From the IMG/VR virus record IMGVR_UViG_3300046559_000436, positions 1 to 64,000 of that record: DNA of 64,000 nt; one strand, 5' to 3'. The position numbers and the translations under genes are program-made. Origin of the DNA: a virus. This document shows positions 63,669 to 64,000 of the stretch, in pieces. Every line of letters begins with the position of its first letter. Within the stretch, counting starts at the first letter, position 1. Under the pieces are notes generated by a model. That model made no database searches. It was not told the origin of the DNA and saw nothing but the letters and a program-made list of their open reading frames with translations.

Positions 63669-63923
63669 ATGACCAAGGACGAGGCCAGTGGGCTGGTGGG
63701 CAAGTTCCGGGAGAACTTTCCGGAGGCGCTTCGGAGCGTGGAGGCGGCACAGGCGGCCACTCCGCTCGTGAAGGAGCTGCAGCACCGGTTCCCAAACGAG
63801 GTGATCACCGAGCAGATGGCGGACGCCGCCCGGAAGATCGGTGACGCGAACGGGCTGCACCCCGGCCTGGTCATGACCGTCCTCCTGGCGGCCGAGAAGG
63901 AGGGCTGGGAGTATGTTGGCTGA
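63669..63923 (+). CDS. hypothetical protein
   Basis: AGGAGG SD after promoter TTGTGT-18-TACAAT (63609-38). Confidence 0.65.
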   Translation: MTKDEASGLVGKFRENFPEALRSVEAAQAATPLVKELQHRFPNEVITEQMADAARKIGDANGLHPGLVMTVLLAAEKEGWEYVG

Positions 63924-64000
63924 CGCGTGCTGTAGCAGATGCGGAAAGCCCTTCGTGAAGGGGGACCGGATCGTCCACGATCCGTGTTGTCTGGCTCCTG

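Larger units (their letters stand above)
1..64000 (+). mobile_element. Tailed dsDNA bacteriophage genome segment (siphovirus-like actinophage, probable Streptomycetaceae host)
   Basis: Co-oriented terminase, portal, protease, capsid, tail, tape measure, lysin and replication genes; high GC; SsgA-like gene; no host housekeeping synteny. Confidence 0.95.

Overview
This 64 kb window is most of the genome of a high-GC, long-tailed (siphovirus-like) phage of an actinomycete, very probably a streptomycete. The host inference rests on an SsgA-like gene, a Streptomyces-type TetR N-terminus and HrdB/sigma70-like promoters. Every credible gene is on the + strand. Layout: small early/membrane genes (0-2.3 kb); terminase, a fibre, a multi-domain portal, protease-scaffold, capsid, connectors, tail tube, chaperone and tape measure (2.4-28.5 kb); tail tip and spike genes with internal paralogy (28.5-37.3 kb); lysis (37.3-40.6 kb); then an early/replication arm (40.7-64 kb). 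The early arm holds HTH regulators, a Cas4/RecB-like nuclease, a 1.3 kb ORF-free structured RNA operon with tRNAs, a primase-helicase followed by an iterated origin candidate, an AAA recombinase, an SSB, a DinG helicase, a divergent PolA, a RuvC-like resolvase and a PurZ0-like synthetase suggesting a 2-aminoadenine (Z) genome. Most interesting: (1) a tRNA-punctuated ncRNA operon with two aberrant tRNA-like RNAs, one carrying alanine identity (G3-U70, A73) and a roughly 40 nt D-loop insertion; (2) a candidate host-development hijacking set: an I-site-less GGDEF diguanylate cyclase, an SsgA-like protein and a truncated TetR; (3) the PurZ0-like gene with an atypical PolA; (4) a portal fused to MuF-, ParB- and HiPIP-like domains; (5) a probable +1 UUU_CGU tail-chaperone frameshift. 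No integrase or CRISPR array was seen. All calls come from motif recognition by eye; no searches were run.
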